64,000 nucleotides of DNA from an uncultured Actinomycetota bacterium (GCA_963770565.1 CAVYQE010000011.1:864001-928000); one strand, 5' to 3'. Counted from the stretch's first letter, positions 1 to 12,725 are shown. The notes: a model not told the origin generated them from the letters alone. Program-made: numbers and translations.

Positions 1-1556
1 TGGGCTCGTAAGGTCCTCGTGTGGTGTATGTGCGGACCGTGAAGACGGCGTCGGGCGCGACGGCGGTGCAGATCGTGCACTCCACGCGGCGCGGCTCGCG
101 AGATGTTGAGCATCTGGGTTCGGCGCATACCCCGGAGCAGGTCGAGGCGCTGAAAGCTGTTGCCCGGCAACGAATCGAGGCCGGGCAAGCGCACCTCGAT
201 CTCGGCCTGGACCTCGCGGCTGCGGCTGCCGCAGGTGGCCCGCTGGAGATCACCGGCTCGCGGATGGGGCATCTGTGGGACGCGCTGTCCGGCTGCTACG
301 ACACGCTCGGGTTCGACACGGCGGCTGGCGGCGATGAGGTGTTCCGGCAGCTCGTGCTGGCCCGGATCATCGAGCCGACCAGTAAAGAGGACAGCATCCG
401 GGTGATCGAGGAGACCGGAACCTCGGCCTGCTCCTACCGCACGATCAAACGGCGGCTACCGACCTATGCCACCACGGCCTGGCGGGACCGGCTCGCGAAG
501 GCCTGCGCCACCCGGGCCGCGATCGGCCCAGCGAGCCTGGTGCTCTACGACGTGACAACGCTGTATTTCGAGACCGACACCGGTGACGGGTTCCGGGAGC
601 CTGGCTATTCCAAGGAACGCCGGTTGGAGCCGCAGATCACCGTCGGTCTGCTCACCGACGCGACCGGTTTCCCGCTGGCGTTACAGGCCTTCGAAGGCAA
701 CCGGGCCGAGACCGCCACGATGCTCCCGACGATCGAAGCGTTCATGACCGCCTACCAGCTTCGTGACGTCACCGTCGTCGCGGACGCAGGCATGGTCTCG
801 GAGAAAAACCGCAAGGCGATCGAGGCGGCCGGGTTGTCGTTCATCCTCGGGATGAAGATCCCGGACATCCCGTGGGTCGTCACCGACTGGCATGAGCGCC
901 ATCCCGGTGTCGAGGTCAGCGACGGGCAGATCTTCACCCAGCCGTGGCCGGCACCGAACGAGACTCGCCGCGACCAGGTCATCTACTACCAGTACCGCTC
1001 CGACCGGGCGCGACGGACGCTACGCGGCATCGACGAGCAGGTGAGCAAAGCCGAGAAAGCCGTCGCGGGGAAGATCCCGGTCAAACGCAACCGGTTCATC
1101 ACCATCACCGGCGCGACCAAGACAGTGAACCGAAAACTCGAGGCGAAGGCTCGTGGTCTGGCCGGGTTCAAGGGCTACATCACCAACATCGAGGACCCGA
1201 ACCCGGAGTTCGTGATCGGCGCCTACCACCAGCTCTGGCACATCGAGAAGTCGTTCCGGATGAGCAAACACGACCTGCGGGCCCGCCCGATCTACCACCA
1301 CAAGCGTGAATCGATCGATGCGCACCTGGCCATCGTGTTCGCAGCATTGGCGATCACTCGGCATCTCGAAACCGCGACCGGCTGGTCGATCAAGAAGTTC
1401 GTCCGGACCTCCCGCCGCTACCGGACCGTCCAGATCCGCGTCGGCAAACACACCGTCACGGCCGAAGACCCACTCCCCGACGACCTACGCGACGCCCTCA
1501 CCGCGATCAGTTAACTGGCCCGGCTGGCCATGCACACTAATTTGGCCCGAGTCGGG
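1..1556 (+). mobile_element. IS1634/IS1549-like insertion sequence; left end lies before the window, right end about 1556
   Basis: Contains the transposase. After ...CACTAATTTGGCCCGAGTCGGG (about 1556) the sequence switches into an unrelated coding remnant. The right end is inferred from this junction only. Confidence 0.7.
21..1514 (+). CDS. IS1634-family DDE transposase
   Basis: N-terminus YVRTVKTASGATAVQIV; DDE motifs LYDVTTLYF, VADAGM, IEKSFR; GYSKERRLEPQI; LRARPIYH. Confidence 0.93.
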   Translation: MVYVRTVKTASGATAVQIVHSTRRGSRDVEHLGSAHTPEQVEALKAVARQRIEAGQAHLDLGLDLAAAAAAGGPLEITGSRMGHLWDALSGCYDTLGFDTAAGGDEVFRQLVLARIIEPTSKEDSIRVIEETGTSACSYRTIKRRLPTYATTAWRDRLAKACATRAAIGPASLVLYDVTTLYFETDTGDGFREPGYSKERRLEPQITVGLLTDATGFPLALQAFEGNRAETATMLPTIEAFMTAYQLRDVTVVADAGMVSEKNRKAIEAAGLSFILGMKIPDIPWVVTDWHERHPGVEVSDGQIFTQPWPAPNETRRDQVIYYQYRSDRARRTLRGIDEQVSKAEKAVAGKIPVKRNRFITITGATKTVNRKLEAKARGLAGFKGYITNIEDPNPEFVIGAYHQLWHIEKSFRMSKHDLRARPIYHHKRESIDAHLAIVFAALAITRHLETATGWSIKKFVRTSRRYRTVQIRVGKHTVTAEDPLPDDLRDALTAIS

Positions 1557-1618
1557 TGGCGGCGTACGGCGAGCGGGTGATCCCCGCGGTCAACGCGCCG
1601 GCCCAAGCCAAAGCCTGA
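1556..1618 (+). pseudogene. C-terminal fragment of a gene interrupted or duplicated by the IS (AAYGERVIPAVNAPAQAKA*), resembling an LLM-class oxidoreductase C-terminus
   Basis: Starts at the IS end, has GC-rich third codon positions and ends at TGA 1616-1618. The family resemblance is from memory. Confidence 0.5.
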
Positions 1619-1624
1619 CCGTTC

Positions 1625-1705
1625 CAAGCAATGTCACATTGCCCCGCACTTCGTGGGGGCAATGTGACAGCACCCCGAGAAAACGCTGGGCAATGTGACA
1701 TTGCT
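1625..1705. repeat. Repeat family A, locus 1: three GCAATGTSACATTGC-type palindromes at 31-bp spacing
   Basis: Cores start at 1628, 1659 and 1690; near-identical copies at about 20281 and 61583. Confidence 0.92.
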
Positions 1706-3390
1706 CAGGAACAGCCGGTGGCGACGTCCTCGCGCAGCTTCTCGAGTCGGCTGGCCGCCTCCGCTCTCGCCTCGTCGAGTCCGTCGAGGCCGGGCGGGTC
1801 GGTGGTGACTTCGAGGTAGGCCTTCAGCTTGGGCTCGGTGCCGCTCGGGCGGAGCACCACCCGGCCCCGGCCACCGAGCCGTACGACGAGGGCGTCGGTC
1901 GGCGGCAGCTCGGCCGATCCCGCGGCCAGGTCCACCACCTCGGTGACGGCCAGCCCGCCGAGCTCGGTCGGCGGATCGCTGCGCCAGCGGTCGACGACGA
2001 GCGCGAGCGCCTCGATCCCGCCCGGCTCCTCGGCCCGGCGCGACCATTGCGCGGTGATGTGGACGCCGAGCCGGGCCGACAGCTCGTCGAGCCGGTCGAG
2101 CAGGCTGCGCCCGGTGGCCCGCGCGATCGCGGCCATCTCGGCGGCGACCAGCGCCGCACTCATCCCGTCCTTGTCGGCGACGACGTCGCCGATCGTGTAG
2201 CCGAGCGCTTCCTCATAGCCGAAGACCAGCCGCTTTCCGGGCTGCCGGGTCGCGGCCCGCGCGATCCACTTGAAGCCGGTCAAGGTCTCCTGGTACGCCA
2301 CGCCCGCGTCGGCGGCAAGTTTCGAGAGCATCGATGACGACACCACTGTCGTCGCCACCAGGCGGTCAGATCCGGTCGTCACGTGCAACCGCCGGTCGGC
2401 GAGCAGGATGCCGAGCTCGTCCCCGGTGAACGGCCGCCACTCACCATCACGGCCGGGCACCGCCACTGCTAGCCGGTCGGCATCCGGGTCGTTGGCGAGT
2501 ACGACGTCGGCGCCGACCCTCCGCGCGAGCGCCATCGCCAGGTCGAGCGCGCCCGGCTCCTCGGGGTTCGGGAACGGCACGGTCGGGAAATCGGGGTCCG
2601 GCTCGGCCTGCTCCGCGACGATCAGCGGCGGGTCGAAGCCCGCGGCCGCGAGCAGGTCGGGCATCACCGCGCCGCCGACGCCGTGCAGCGGCGTGTAGAC
2701 CGCGCGCAGGGTGCGCAGCCCGGCTGGGTCGAGCAGGCCGAGGACGGCCTTCCGGTAGGCGGCGAGGATCTCGTCGTCGACCACGGTCTGCGGTGCGCTC
2801 GACTCGGTGTCGGGGTCGGCACCCTCCTCGGCGGCTGCGGCGATCTCCGCGTCGTCCGGCGGAATGATCTGCGAGCCGTCGCCGGCGTACACCTTGTAGC
2901 CGTTGTCGATCGCCGGGTTGTGGCTCGCGGTGACCACGATCCCGGCGGCCGCGCCGAAGTGCCGTACGCCGAACGCGGTGAGCGGCGTCGGCAGCGGACG
3001 GGACAGCACATGCGCCGTGACGCCGAACGAGGTCAGGACGTCGGCGACGTCCGCGGCGAAGGTCTGCGAGCCGTGCCGGGCGTCGTGCCCGACCACCACG
3101 CCCGAGGCCATCGCCTCCGGGCCCCGGCGGCTCACCCACCGGGCCACCCCGGCGGTGGTACGACGGACGACCGCTCGGTTCATCCGGGCCGGGCCGCCAC
3201 CGAGCGGGGCACGCAGGCCGGCGGTCCCGAACTGCAGCGGGTGGTCGAAGCGAGCCTCGAGCTCCGCGGTGTCGCCCGCGGCGAGCAGGTCAGTGAGCTC
3301 GGCTCTGGTCTCCGGGTCCGGATCGGCGGCGATCCACGCCTCGACCCGGGTCCGCAGATCGGCCGACGTCGCGTCGCTGCCCACGGTCAC
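1705..3390 (-). CDS. Phospho-sugar mutase (PGM/PMM family; probable phosphopentomutase role)
   Basis: FGTAGLR, TASHNP phosphoserine motif, DPDADR metal loop, GYEEALG, RPSGTEPKLK. Confidence 0.93.
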   Translation of the reverse strand: MTVGSDATSADLRTRVEAWIAADPDPETRAELTDLLAAGDTAELEARFDHPLQFGTAGLRAPLGGGPARMNRAVVRRTTAGVARWVSRRGPEAMASGVVVGHDARHGSQTFAADVADVLTSFGVTAHVLSRPLPTPLTAFGVRHFGAAAGIVVTASHNPAIDNGYKVYAGDGSQIIPPDDAEIAAAAEEGADPDTESSAPQTVVDDEILAAYRKAVLGLLDPAGLRTLRAVYTPLHGVGGAVMPDLLAAAGFDPPLIVAEQAEPDPDFPTVPFPNPEEPGALDLAMALARRVGADVVLANDPDADRLAVAVPGRDGEWRPFTGDELGILLADRRLHVTTGSDRLVATTVVSSSMLSKLAADAGVAYQETLTGFKWIARAATRQPGKRLVFGYEEALGYTIGDVVADKDGMSAALVAAEMAAIARATGRSLLDRLDELSARLGVHITAQWSRRAEEPGGIEALALVVDRWRSDPPTELGGLAVTEVVDLAAGSAELPPTDALVVRLGGRGRVVLRPSGTEPKLKAYLEVTTDPPGLDGLDEARAEAASRLEKLREDVATGCS

Positions 3391-3397
3391 CGCGTCG

Positions 3398-4228
3398 TCA
3401 CAGCCGGGCGATCACGCCGGCGATCAAGGCGGCCAGCCCGGGCGCGGCAGCGGCGCCGGCGGCGAGGACCTCCTCGTGCGCGAGCGGCTCGCCGGTGACG
3501 CCCGCGGCCGCGTTGGTCACGAGCGAGAGCCCGAGCACCTCGGCACCGAGGTGGCGGGCCGCGATCGCTTCGAGCACGGTCGACATGCCGACCAGGTCCG
3601 CGCCGGCCGACCCGTACATCGCGACCTCGGCGGGCGTCTCGTAGTGCGGCCCGGGCAGGTTGGCGTACACCCCTTCGATCAGGCTCGGGTCGACTTCGTG
3701 GGCGAGGGCGCGAAGACGCGGCGACCAGCAGTCGGTGAGGTCGACGAACCGCGCGCCGTAGCCGGCCGGCGGCGGCGGGCCGGACAGCGGCGAGACACCG
3801 GTCAGGTTGAGGTGGTCGCGGATCAGCACGGTCTGCCCGACCTGGTAGGCGGGGTTGATGCCACCGGCCGCATTGGTCAGCACGATCACGCCGGCACCCG
3901 CGGCGATCGCCGTACGAACCGCATGGACGACCTGCGTCGGGGTGCGGTCCTCGTAAAGGTGGACCCGGCCGACGAGCACCAGGACGTGGTAGCCGGCGAT
4001 GTCGACCGATCGCACCCGGCCCTGGTGCCCGGCCACCGTCGGCGGGACGAATCCGGGCAGATCCGCCGTCGCGACCTCGGCAGCCGGCGCGCCCAGACTC
4101 TCGACCGCGTCCTGCCAGCCGGAGCCGAGGACGACCGCGACGTCGTGCCGGTCGATACCGGTCCGTCGAGCCAGCTCGGCGGCCGCGGCTTCGGCTTCGG
4201 CGAAGGGGTCAGGCGCGCTACCGGTCAC
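3398..4228 (-). CDS. punA: Purine nucleoside phosphorylase (trimeric type)
   Basis: [37 protein letters not shown]; GTG start at 4228 is inferred. Confidence 0.93.
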   Translation of the reverse strand: MTGSAPDPFAEAEAAAAELARRTGIDRHDVAVVLGSGWQDAVESLGAPAAEVATADLPGFVPPTVAGHQGRVRSVDIAGYHVLVLVGRVHLYEDRTPTQVVHAVRTAIAAGAGVIVLTNAAGGINPAYQVGQTVLIRDHLNLTGVSPLSGPPPPAGYGARFVDLTDCWSPRLRALAHEVDPSLIEGVYANLPGPHYETPAEVAMYGSAGADLVGMSTVLEAIAARHLGAEVLGLSLVTNAAAGVTGEPLAHEEVLAAGAAAAPGLAALIAGVIARL

Positions 4229-4473
4229 GGTGCGCGAACCTACCGCAATCGCGGCAACGGTCCGATCGGAGAAGCGATCCGACGAGCGATCCGACACAGC
4301 GGGTTGTTCACCCAATCGTGACCTGCCAGCGTGGCGTCGCGGGGTGTATGGTCGCCGATCAGCCACCGCACGTGGCGCCTGGGAACGGTGCACCAAGCCG
4401 GCCCGGGTCGGTTGCAGCCAAACCGGTCGGCAACCTCGAATGGGTTTTCGCAGGGGAAAGTGGTGGCTATCAG

Positions 4474-5661
4474 GTGAATGACGCTCTCGGCAATCGGTTC
4501 GGCCGTCGGAGCCTCCGCCTCGGCGCGGTCGGCATGATGGCTGTGGTGGCAATGGTGGCCGCGGCTTGCGGTGGTACCTCGACCGGAAGCGGTGGCGGCA
4601 CGAGCAGCACGCCTGCTCCCGGCGGCTCCAGTTCCCCAGCCGCGCCAGCGTCCTCCGCCCCGTCGAGCAGCTTCCTCGCCTGCGAGGTCACGGACACCGG
4701 CGGCATCAACGACCGGTCGTTCAACGCCTCGGCGTACCAAGGCCTCAAGGACGCCGCCAGTGCGGTGCCGGGGCTGAAGTACACCTACCTGCAGTCGAAC
4801 TCCACCAGCGACTACACGCCGAACATCAACACCCTGATCGGCCGGCACTGCGGCATCATCATCACGGTCGGCTTCGACATGGGCAACGCGACCAAGGCCG
4901 CGGCCAAGGCGCACCCGAGTCAGAAGTTCGCGATCGTCGACTTCAACTACGTGCCGTCGCCGAAGAACATCTCGGGCCTGACCTACGAGACCAACCAGGA
5001 CGCGTTCCTCGGTGGCTACCTCGCAGCGGCCATGAGCAAGTCGGGCAAGGTCGGCACCTTCGGCGGCCAGGACATCCCGCCGGTGACGATTTACATGGAC
5101 GGCTTCGTCGCGGGCGTCCGCTACTTCGACAAGATCAACAACGCGCACGTGACCACCCTCGGCTGGACCCCCAAGGCGGGTCGCGCGAAGAACAGCCTCG
5201 CGGGCAACGGCTTGTTCACCAACGACTTCACCAACCAGGCTCTCGGCAAGACCGACGCTTCGTCCCTGATGGCTCAGGGCGCGGACGTGATCTTCCCGGT
5301 CGCGGGCGCGGTGGGTCTCGGTGCAGCGGCCGCGGTCAAGCAGGCCGGTGGCAGCAACTACATGGAGTGGGTCGACACCGACGGTTGCGTCTCCGCTCCG
5401 CAGTACTGCTCGATCTTCCTGACCAGCGTGACCAAGGGCATCGCCACCTCGGTGGCCGGTGCGGTCGAGGCCGCGGCCAACGGCACCTTCAAGGGCGGGA
5501 CGTACGTCGGCAACCTCAAGAACAACGGGGTAGCACTGTCGGGCTACCACCAGTTCTCGAGCAAGGTCCCGTCCGCGGTGACCACGGAGCTCGCGAAGAT
5601 CAAGACCGGGATCGAGGCCGGCACCATCTCCGTCGACCCGAACTCCTACCCGGCGAGCTGA
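4474..5661 (+). CDS. BMP-family nucleoside ABC transporter substrate-binding lipoprotein
   Basis: Lipobox-like VAAAC; [11 protein letters not shown]; [10 protein letters not shown]; WVDTD; start at 4474 is inferred. Confidence 0.9.
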   Translation: MNDALGNRFGRRSLRLGAVGMMAVVAMVAAACGGTSTGSGGGTSSTPAPGGSSSPAAPASSAPSSSFLACEVTDTGGINDRSFNASAYQGLKDAASAVPGLKYTYLQSNSTSDYTPNINTLIGRHCGIIITVGFDMGNATKAAAKAHPSQKFAIVDFNYVPSPKNISGLTYETNQDAFLGGYLAAAMSKSGKVGTFGGQDIPPVTIYMDGFVAGVRYFDKINNAHVTTLGWTPKAGRAKNSLAGNGLFTNDFTNQALGKTDASSLMAQGADVIFPVAGAVGLGAAAAVKQAGGSNYMEWVDTDGCVSAPQYCSIFLTSVTKGIATSVAGAVEAAANGTFKGGTYVGNLKNNGVALSGYHQFSSKVPSAVTTELAKIKTGIEAGTISVDPNSYPAS

Positions 5662-5665
5662 TCGT

Positions 5666-5710
5666 CGGTAAGGCGCGCCCTCCCGCTCTGCGGTAGGGCG
5701 CGCCTTACCG
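5666..5710 (+). terminator. Strong intercistronic stem-loop after the substrate-binding protein gene (mRNA stabiliser or attenuator)
   Basis: CGGTAAGGCGCGCCCT...AGGGCGCGCCTTACCG with 16-bp perfect arms and no U-tract. Confidence 0.65.
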
Positions 5711-5726
5711 CAGGGTGGGAGGTGCG

Positions 5727-7279
<1,553 letters not shown>

Positions 7280-7283
<4 letters not shown>

Positions 7284-8563
7284 GCGCGACCCCGGCCGAG
7301 GTGCCCGCCGGCGCCGAGCCCGCCGCCAAGCAGCCGCCCGGACCCGCACCGTGGTGGTTGAACGCGCTGCACCGGATGACCGAGGCAAACGTCGCCATCA
7401 CGACGCTGCTGGCGGTCGTCGTCGGGCTGGTGTTCGGCGCGATCCTGATCATCGTCACGTCGTCCAACACGTTGCACGCGTGGGGCCACCTCGGCTCGAA
7501 TCCCGGCCATGCCTTCGGCGCCAGCCTGACGACGGTCGGACACGCGTACGGCGATCTGTTCACCGGGTCGATCTTCAGCCCCTCGTCGCTCGGCCACGCG
7601 ATCTCGACCGGCCACGGCTGGACCACGCTGTTCACCCCGATCTCCGAGACGCTGGTCTCGGCGACCCCGCTGATGCTCGCCGGGATGGGTGTGGCGCTCG
7701 GGTTCTCGACCGGTGTTTTCAACATCGGTGGACAGGGCCAGTTCATCGCCGGCGCGATTGCCGCCACGTACGTCGGTTTCGGCGTGCACCTGCCATTGCC
7801 GCTGCACGTGCCGCTGGTGATCCTCGCCGGCGCGGCCGGTGGCGCGGTGGCCGGATTCATCCCGGGATTCCTGAAAGCCCGGACCGGCGCGCACGAAGTG
7901 ATCGTCACGATCATGCTCAACTACATCTTCCTCGACCTGCTCAACTATCTGCTGACCACGAAGCCCTTGCAGCAGCCTGGGCAGAGCAACTCGATCTCCC
8001 AGACGATCCCGTCGTCAGCCACGTTGCCGCACCTGTTCGGGTCGGGGCTTCGCGTCAACGCGGGGCTGATCGTCGCGCTGGTGGTCGCTGCGGGCGCCTC
8101 GTGGTTCATGCGCCGAAGCACCCTCGGCTTCACGTTCCGGGTGATCGGGTCCAACCCGAGCGCCGGTCGCACCGCGGGCATGGACGCCAAGCGGGCGACC
8201 ATCCTGGTCCTCACCATCTCGGGCGCGCTGGTCGGCCTGGCCGGGATGTCGACCCTGGCCGGCACTGACTTCTTCCTCTCCAGCTACTACGGCGGCGGCA
8301 CCGGCTTCAACGCGATCACGGTCGCCCTGCTCGGCCGCAACAAGCCGATCGGCGTCGTCCTCGGGTCATTGCTCTTCGCCTCGCTGGTGACCGGTGGCCG
8401 TTACATGCAGGCCGCGACCGGGATCCCGATCGACCTCACCACGGTGATCCAGGCGGTCATCGTCTTCTGTGTCGCCACGCCCGCGCTGGTCCGGGAGATC
8501 TTCCGGCTGCGCGAGGCCGGCACCGGCAAGATCCTGCTCTTCACCAAGGGGTGGGCGGGATGA
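7280..8563 (+). CDS. Nucleoside ABC transporter permease
   Basis: FNIGGQGQ, GAHEVIVTIMLN, many TM segments; ATGA overlap with the upstream gene. Confidence 0.92.
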
Positions 8564-9846
8564 GCCAGGCGACGATCGCCACTACGCCGCTCTCCGCCGT
8601 GCCCGAGGGCCGGCTGGTCTCGACCACGCGCGTGCGCGGGATGGGGATCTTCCTGATCGGGCTGGCCCTGATCTGCTTCTTCGGGCTCGGGCTCGGCACC
8701 GCGAGCGGCGTGCACGCGACCTTCCTGCTCACCAGCCCGCCCGCGGTCAACGTCTCGCCGCTCGACATGCCAGTGCGCGGCGTCTGCCTCGCGCTGTCAA
8801 TCGTGTGTCTGCTGCTGGGCGGGTGGTTGTCCGCCCGGCCGCCGAGGCGGGCGACGTACGTGATCTTCGGGTTCGGGGTCATCGTGTTCGTGTGGGCGTT
8901 CCTCGTCTGGGCGGCCCGCGGAAGCGAGCTCGATCTGGTGCAGCTGCTGGCCGGCACCCTGGTGTCGGCCACCCCACTCGTGTACGGCGCGCTGTCCGGC
9001 GTGATGTGCGAGCGATCCGGCGTGGTCAACATCGCGATCGAGGGCCAGTTCCTCGCGGGCGCGTTCCTGGCCGCGATGATCGACAGCGCCTCGCACCACC
9101 TGTGGCTCGGTGTGCTGGCCGGCGCGGTGTCGGGCGCGGTGTTCGGCGCGCTGCTTGCATTCTTGGCGCTGCGTTACGGCGCTGACCAGATCATCGTCGG
9201 CGTGGTGATCGTGGCGTTCTGCACCGGGCTGACCAACTTCCTCACGGCGCAGGTCCTCACGCCAGATCAGGCCACCTTGAACAGCCCGGACACCTTCAAC
9301 CCGATCACCATCCCGCTGGTGTCGAAGATCCCGATCATCGGGCCGATCCTGTTTGACCAGAACGTCTTTGTGTACGGCGCGGCCGTGCTGCTCGTCGTCG
9401 TCCATGTCGCGTTGTTCCACACCAGGTGGGGTCTGCGAGTGCGGTCGGTCGGCGAGCATCCGCGCGCTGCGGCAACGGTCGGCATCCACGTCCTGTCGGT
9501 GCGCTACCGCAACGTGATCCTCGGCGGTGCGATCGCCGGGCTCGGCGGCGCGTCGTTCACGATCGGGTCGATCGGGGAGTTCTCCTCGAACATGACCGCC
9601 GGTCTCGGGTATGTCGCATTGGCCGCGATGATCTTCGGCCGCTGGCGTCCGTTCGGCGCGTTGAGTGCGGCGCTCCTGTTCGGCTTTGCGGTGTCGTTGC
9701 AGAGCTTCCTCGCGATCCTCAACGTCGGAATCCCGTCGCCGATCCTGTCGATGGCGCCGTACGTGATCACCATCGCGGTGGTCTCGGGGTTGGTCGGCCG
9801 GGTCCGGCCGCCGGCGTCGGACGGTGTCCCGTACGTCGCCGAGTAG
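8560..9846 (+). CDS. Nucleoside ABC transporter permease
   Basis: ERSGVVNIAIEG, RSVGEHP, GYVALAAMIFGRW; ATGA overlap. Confidence 0.92.
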   Translation: MSQATIATTPLSAVPEGRLVSTTRVRGMGIFLIGLALICFFGLGLGTASGVHATFLLTSPPAVNVSPLDMPVRGVCLALSIVCLLLGGWLSARPPRRATYVIFGFGVIVFVWAFLVWAARGSELDLVQLLAGTLVSATPLVYGALSGVMCERSGVVNIAIEGQFLAGAFLAAMIDSASHHLWLGVLAGAVSGAVFGALLAFLALRYGADQIIVGVVIVAFCTGLTNFLTAQVLTPDQATLNSPDTFNPITIPLVSKIPIIGPILFDQNVFVYGAAVLLVVVHVALFHTRWGLRVRSVGEHPRAAATVGIHVLSVRYRNVILGGAIAGLGGASFTIGSIGEFSSNMTAGLGYVALAAMIFGRWRPFGALSAALLFGFAVSLQSFLAILNVGIPSPILSMAPYVITIAVVSGLVGRVRPPASDGVPYVAE

Positions 9847-9886
9847 GGACGAAGGCGACCTGAGCATTTCGGGGAGACTGCACGAC

Positions 9887-10309
9887 ATGACAACTGGCGA
9901 GGCATCGGTCGACTGGGATGCGCTGCGCGAGATCGCGATCGAGACCGCGGCCAAGGCCTATGCGCCGTACTCGCACTTGCATGTCGGTGCGGCCGGGCTG
10001 ACCGATCGCGGCGAGATTGTGGTCGGCTGCAACGTCGAGAACGCTTCCTACGGGTTGACGCTGTGCGCGGAGTGCGGCCTGGTCTCAGCGCTGTCGGCGT
10101 CGGGTGGATCGCGACTGCTCGCGGTCAGCGTCGTCGCCGGCGACGGCCAGCCGTTGACGCCCTGCGGGCGCTGCCGTCAGCTGCTGATGGAGCGCGGTGG
10201 GCCCGACCTGCTGCTCGACGCCGGGCCGGGAGCGGCGCCGGTGCGGATGGCCGACCTGCTTCCGGGCGCGTTCGACAGCGACACCCTGGTCGCCAGGCAG
10301 GAGTCGTGA
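9887..10309 (+). CDS. cdd: Cytidine deaminase
   Basis: AYAPYS, GCNVENASYGLTLCAE, PCGRCRQ zinc motif. Confidence 0.95.
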   Translation: MTTGEASVDWDALREIAIETAAKAYAPYSHLHVGAAGLTDRGEIVVGCNVENASYGLTLCAECGLVSALSASGGSRLLAVSVVAGDGQPLTPCGRCRQLLMERGGPDLLLDAGPGAAPVRMADLLPGAFDSDTLVARQES

Positions 10310-11586
10310 GCGCCGGGTTCGACGCGGTCGACGTCATCCGGGCCAAGCGCGACGGCGGTGAGCTCTCCGACCCGCAGATCGACTGGATGATCGGTGCCTA
10401 CGCGGCCGGCGGGGTCCCGGATGAGCAGATGTCCGCGCTGTTGATGGCGGTGTTCTGGCGAGGTTTGTCGCCGCGGGAGCTCACCACCTGGACCGCAGCG
10501 ATGATCGCGTCGGGGGAGCGGTTGGACCTCAGCGGGCTGTCCAGGCCGACCGTCGACAAGCACTCGACCGGCGGGGTCGGCGACAAGGTGTCGCTCGTGC
10601 TGGCCCCACTCGTGGCGGCCTGCGGTGCCGCGGTCCCGCAGCTGTCGGGACGCGGCCTCGGCCACACCGGCGGCACCCTGGACAAGCTGGAGTCGATCCC
10701 GGGGTGGCGGGCCAGCCTCAGCGTCGCCGAGATGACCGCGCAGCTCGAGGACGTCGGTGCGGTGATCTGCGCGGCCGGTGCCGGCCTTGCCCCGGCCGAC
10801 CGCAAGCTGTACGCGCTGCGCGACGTGACCGGGACGGTCGAGTCGATCCCGCTGATCTCGGCATCGATCATGTCCAAGAAGATCGCGGAGGGCACCGCCG
10901 CGCTCGTGCTCGACGTGAAGGTCGGCACCGGCGCGTTCATGCCCGACCTGCACAGTGCGCGGGAGCTGGCCGCGACGATGGTCGGCCTCGGCCAGGCCCA
11001 CGGGGTCGCAGTCCGGGCCCTGCTCACCGACATGGACACCCCGCTCGGTCGTACCGTCGGCAACGCGCTCGAGGTGCGTGAGGCGGTCGAGACCCTGCAC
11101 GGCGGCGGCCCCAACGATCTGCGCGAGGTCACGGTCGCGCTCGCCGCCGAGATGCTTGCTGCGGTGGGCATCGATGCCGATCCGGCCGCGGCGCTCGACG
11201 ACGGGTCCGCGTTCGCGGTCTGGGAGCGGATGATCGCCGCGCAGGGCGGCGACCCGGACGCCGACCTGCCGAGTGCCGCCAACGTCGAGACCGTGGTCGC
11301 GGACCGAAGCGGAGTGGTCGCGCGGCTCGACGCCCGCGGCGTCGGGGTAGCGGCCTGGCGACTCGGTGCCGGCCGGGCCCGCAAGGAGGATGCGGTGGAC
11401 TTCGGGGCCGGCATCGTCTGCCTGGTCCGCCCGGGCGACGAGGTCGCCGCCGGCGACGTACTGCTCGAGCTGCACACCGACGATCCGGGCCGGTTCGGCC
11501 GGGCCCGCGAGAGCCTCGAGGGCGCAATCGTCATCGCGGACGCCGCACCGGCCGCCCGCCCGCTCGTGCTCGAGCGGATCGGCTGA
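10306..11586 (+). CDS. deoA: Thymidine/pyrimidine-nucleoside phosphorylase
   Basis: [34 protein letters not shown]; GTGA overlap with cdd. Confidence 0.95.
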   Translation: MSAGFDAVDVIRAKRDGGELSDPQIDWMIGAYAAGGVPDEQMSALLMAVFWRGLSPRELTTWTAAMIASGERLDLSGLSRPTVDKHSTGGVGDKVSLVLAPLVAACGAAVPQLSGRGLGHTGGTLDKLESIPGWRASLSVAEMTAQLEDVGAVICAAGAGLAPADRKLYALRDVTGTVESIPLISASIMSKKIAEGTAALVLDVKVGTGAFMPDLHSARELAATMVGLGQAHGVAVRALLTDMDTPLGRTVGNALEVREAVETLHGGGPNDLREVTVALAAEMLAAVGIDADPAAALDDGSAFAVWERMIAAQGGDPDADLPSAANVETVVADRSGVVARLDARGVGVAAWRLGAGRARKEDAVDFGAGIVCLVRPGDEVAAGDVLLELHTDDPGRFGRARESLEGAIVIADAAPAARPLVLERIG

Positions 11587-11627
11587 GTGGTGTCCGAGCC
11601 GCGACGAGCCGCACGGTAGCCTGCCGA

Positions 11628-12719
11628 ATGCCCGCGCGCACCCTCGACGTCGCACAGATCGCGGCGGTCCCCAAGGTCCTCCTGCACGACCACCTCGACG
11701 GCGGGCTGCGCCCGACGACCGTCATCGAATTGGCCGACGAGGTCGGCTACCGAGGATTGCCCGACACCGACCCGCTGGTGCTGGCGAGCTGGTTCGCCGC
11801 CGAGACGCCGAAGCGCGACCTGGTCCGCTATCTCGCCGGCTTCACCCACACCGTCGCGGTCATGCAGACCGCCGACGCGCTCCGCCGGGTGGCACGGGAG
11901 TGCGCCGAGGACCTCGCCGCGGACGGGATCGTGTACGCCGAGGTGCGCTTCGCTCCCGAGCTGCACACCGAAGCCGGCCTGCGGCTCGAGGAGGTCATCG
12001 AGGCCGTGCTCGACGGCTTCGCGGCCGGAATGGTGACCGCGCGAGCCGAGGGTCACCCGATCGTCGCCCGGGTGCTGCTCACGGCGATGCGGACCGCGGC
12101 CCGGTCGATGGAGATCGCGGAGCTCGCGATCGCCTACCGCGATCGCGGGGTGGCCGGCTTCGATGTCGCCGGTGCGGAGGCCGGCTACCCGCCGACCCGG
12201 CACCTCGACGCCTTCCATCTCGTGCAGCGCGCCAACTTCCACTCCACCCTGCACGCCGGCGAGGCGTTCGGGCTGCCGTCGATCTGGGAGGCGTTGCAGT
12301 GGTGCAACGCCGAGCGGCTCGGCCACGGCGTACGGATCATCGACGACATCACAGTCGGCGCCGACGGGCGGGCCGAGCTCGGCCGGCTGGCCGGCTACAT
12401 CCGCGATCGCCGGATCCCGCTCGAGCTGTGCCCGACCTCCAACGTCCACACCGGGGCAGTGGCGTCGCTCGCCGAGCACCCGATCGGTCTGCTGCGTCGC
12501 CTTCAGTTCCGGGTGACGGTCAACACCGACAACCGGCTGATGAGCGGGGTCACCCTGTCATCGGAGCTGGCCCGCTGCTGCGACACCTTCGGCTGGGGCT
12601 GGTTGGACCTGCGCTGGCTCACGATCAACGCGATGAAGAGCGCGTTCTGGCCGTTCGACGACCGGCTCGAGCTCATCAACAGCGTGATCAAACCGGCGTA
12701 CGCCGAGGTCTGCGGCTGA
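11628..12719 (+). CDS. add: Adenosine deaminase
   Basis: [31 protein letters not shown]. Confidence 0.95.
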   Translation: MPARTLDVAQIAAVPKVLLHDHLDGGLRPTTVIELADEVGYRGLPDTDPLVLASWFAAETPKRDLVRYLAGFTHTVAVMQTADALRRVARECAEDLAADGIVYAEVRFAPELHTEAGLRLEEVIEAVLDGFAAGMVTARAEGHPIVARVLLTAMRTAARSMEIAELAIAYRDRGVAGFDVAGAEAGYPPTRHLDAFHLVQRANFHSTLHAGEAFGLPSIWEALQWCNAERLGHGVRIIDDITVGADGRAELGRLAGYIRDRRIPLELCPTSNVHTGAVASLAEHPIGLLRRLQFRVTVNTDNRLMSGVTLSSELARCCDTFGWGWLDLRWLTINAMKSAFWPFDDRLELINSVIKPAYAEVCG

Positions 12720-12725
12720 CCTCCG

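Noticed and set aside
1628-1642. Family A core as a CRP site or parS
   Set aside because: It contains TGTGA/TCACA-like bases but lacks the N6 spacing of CRP sites, does not match the parS consensus, and lies downstream of genes.
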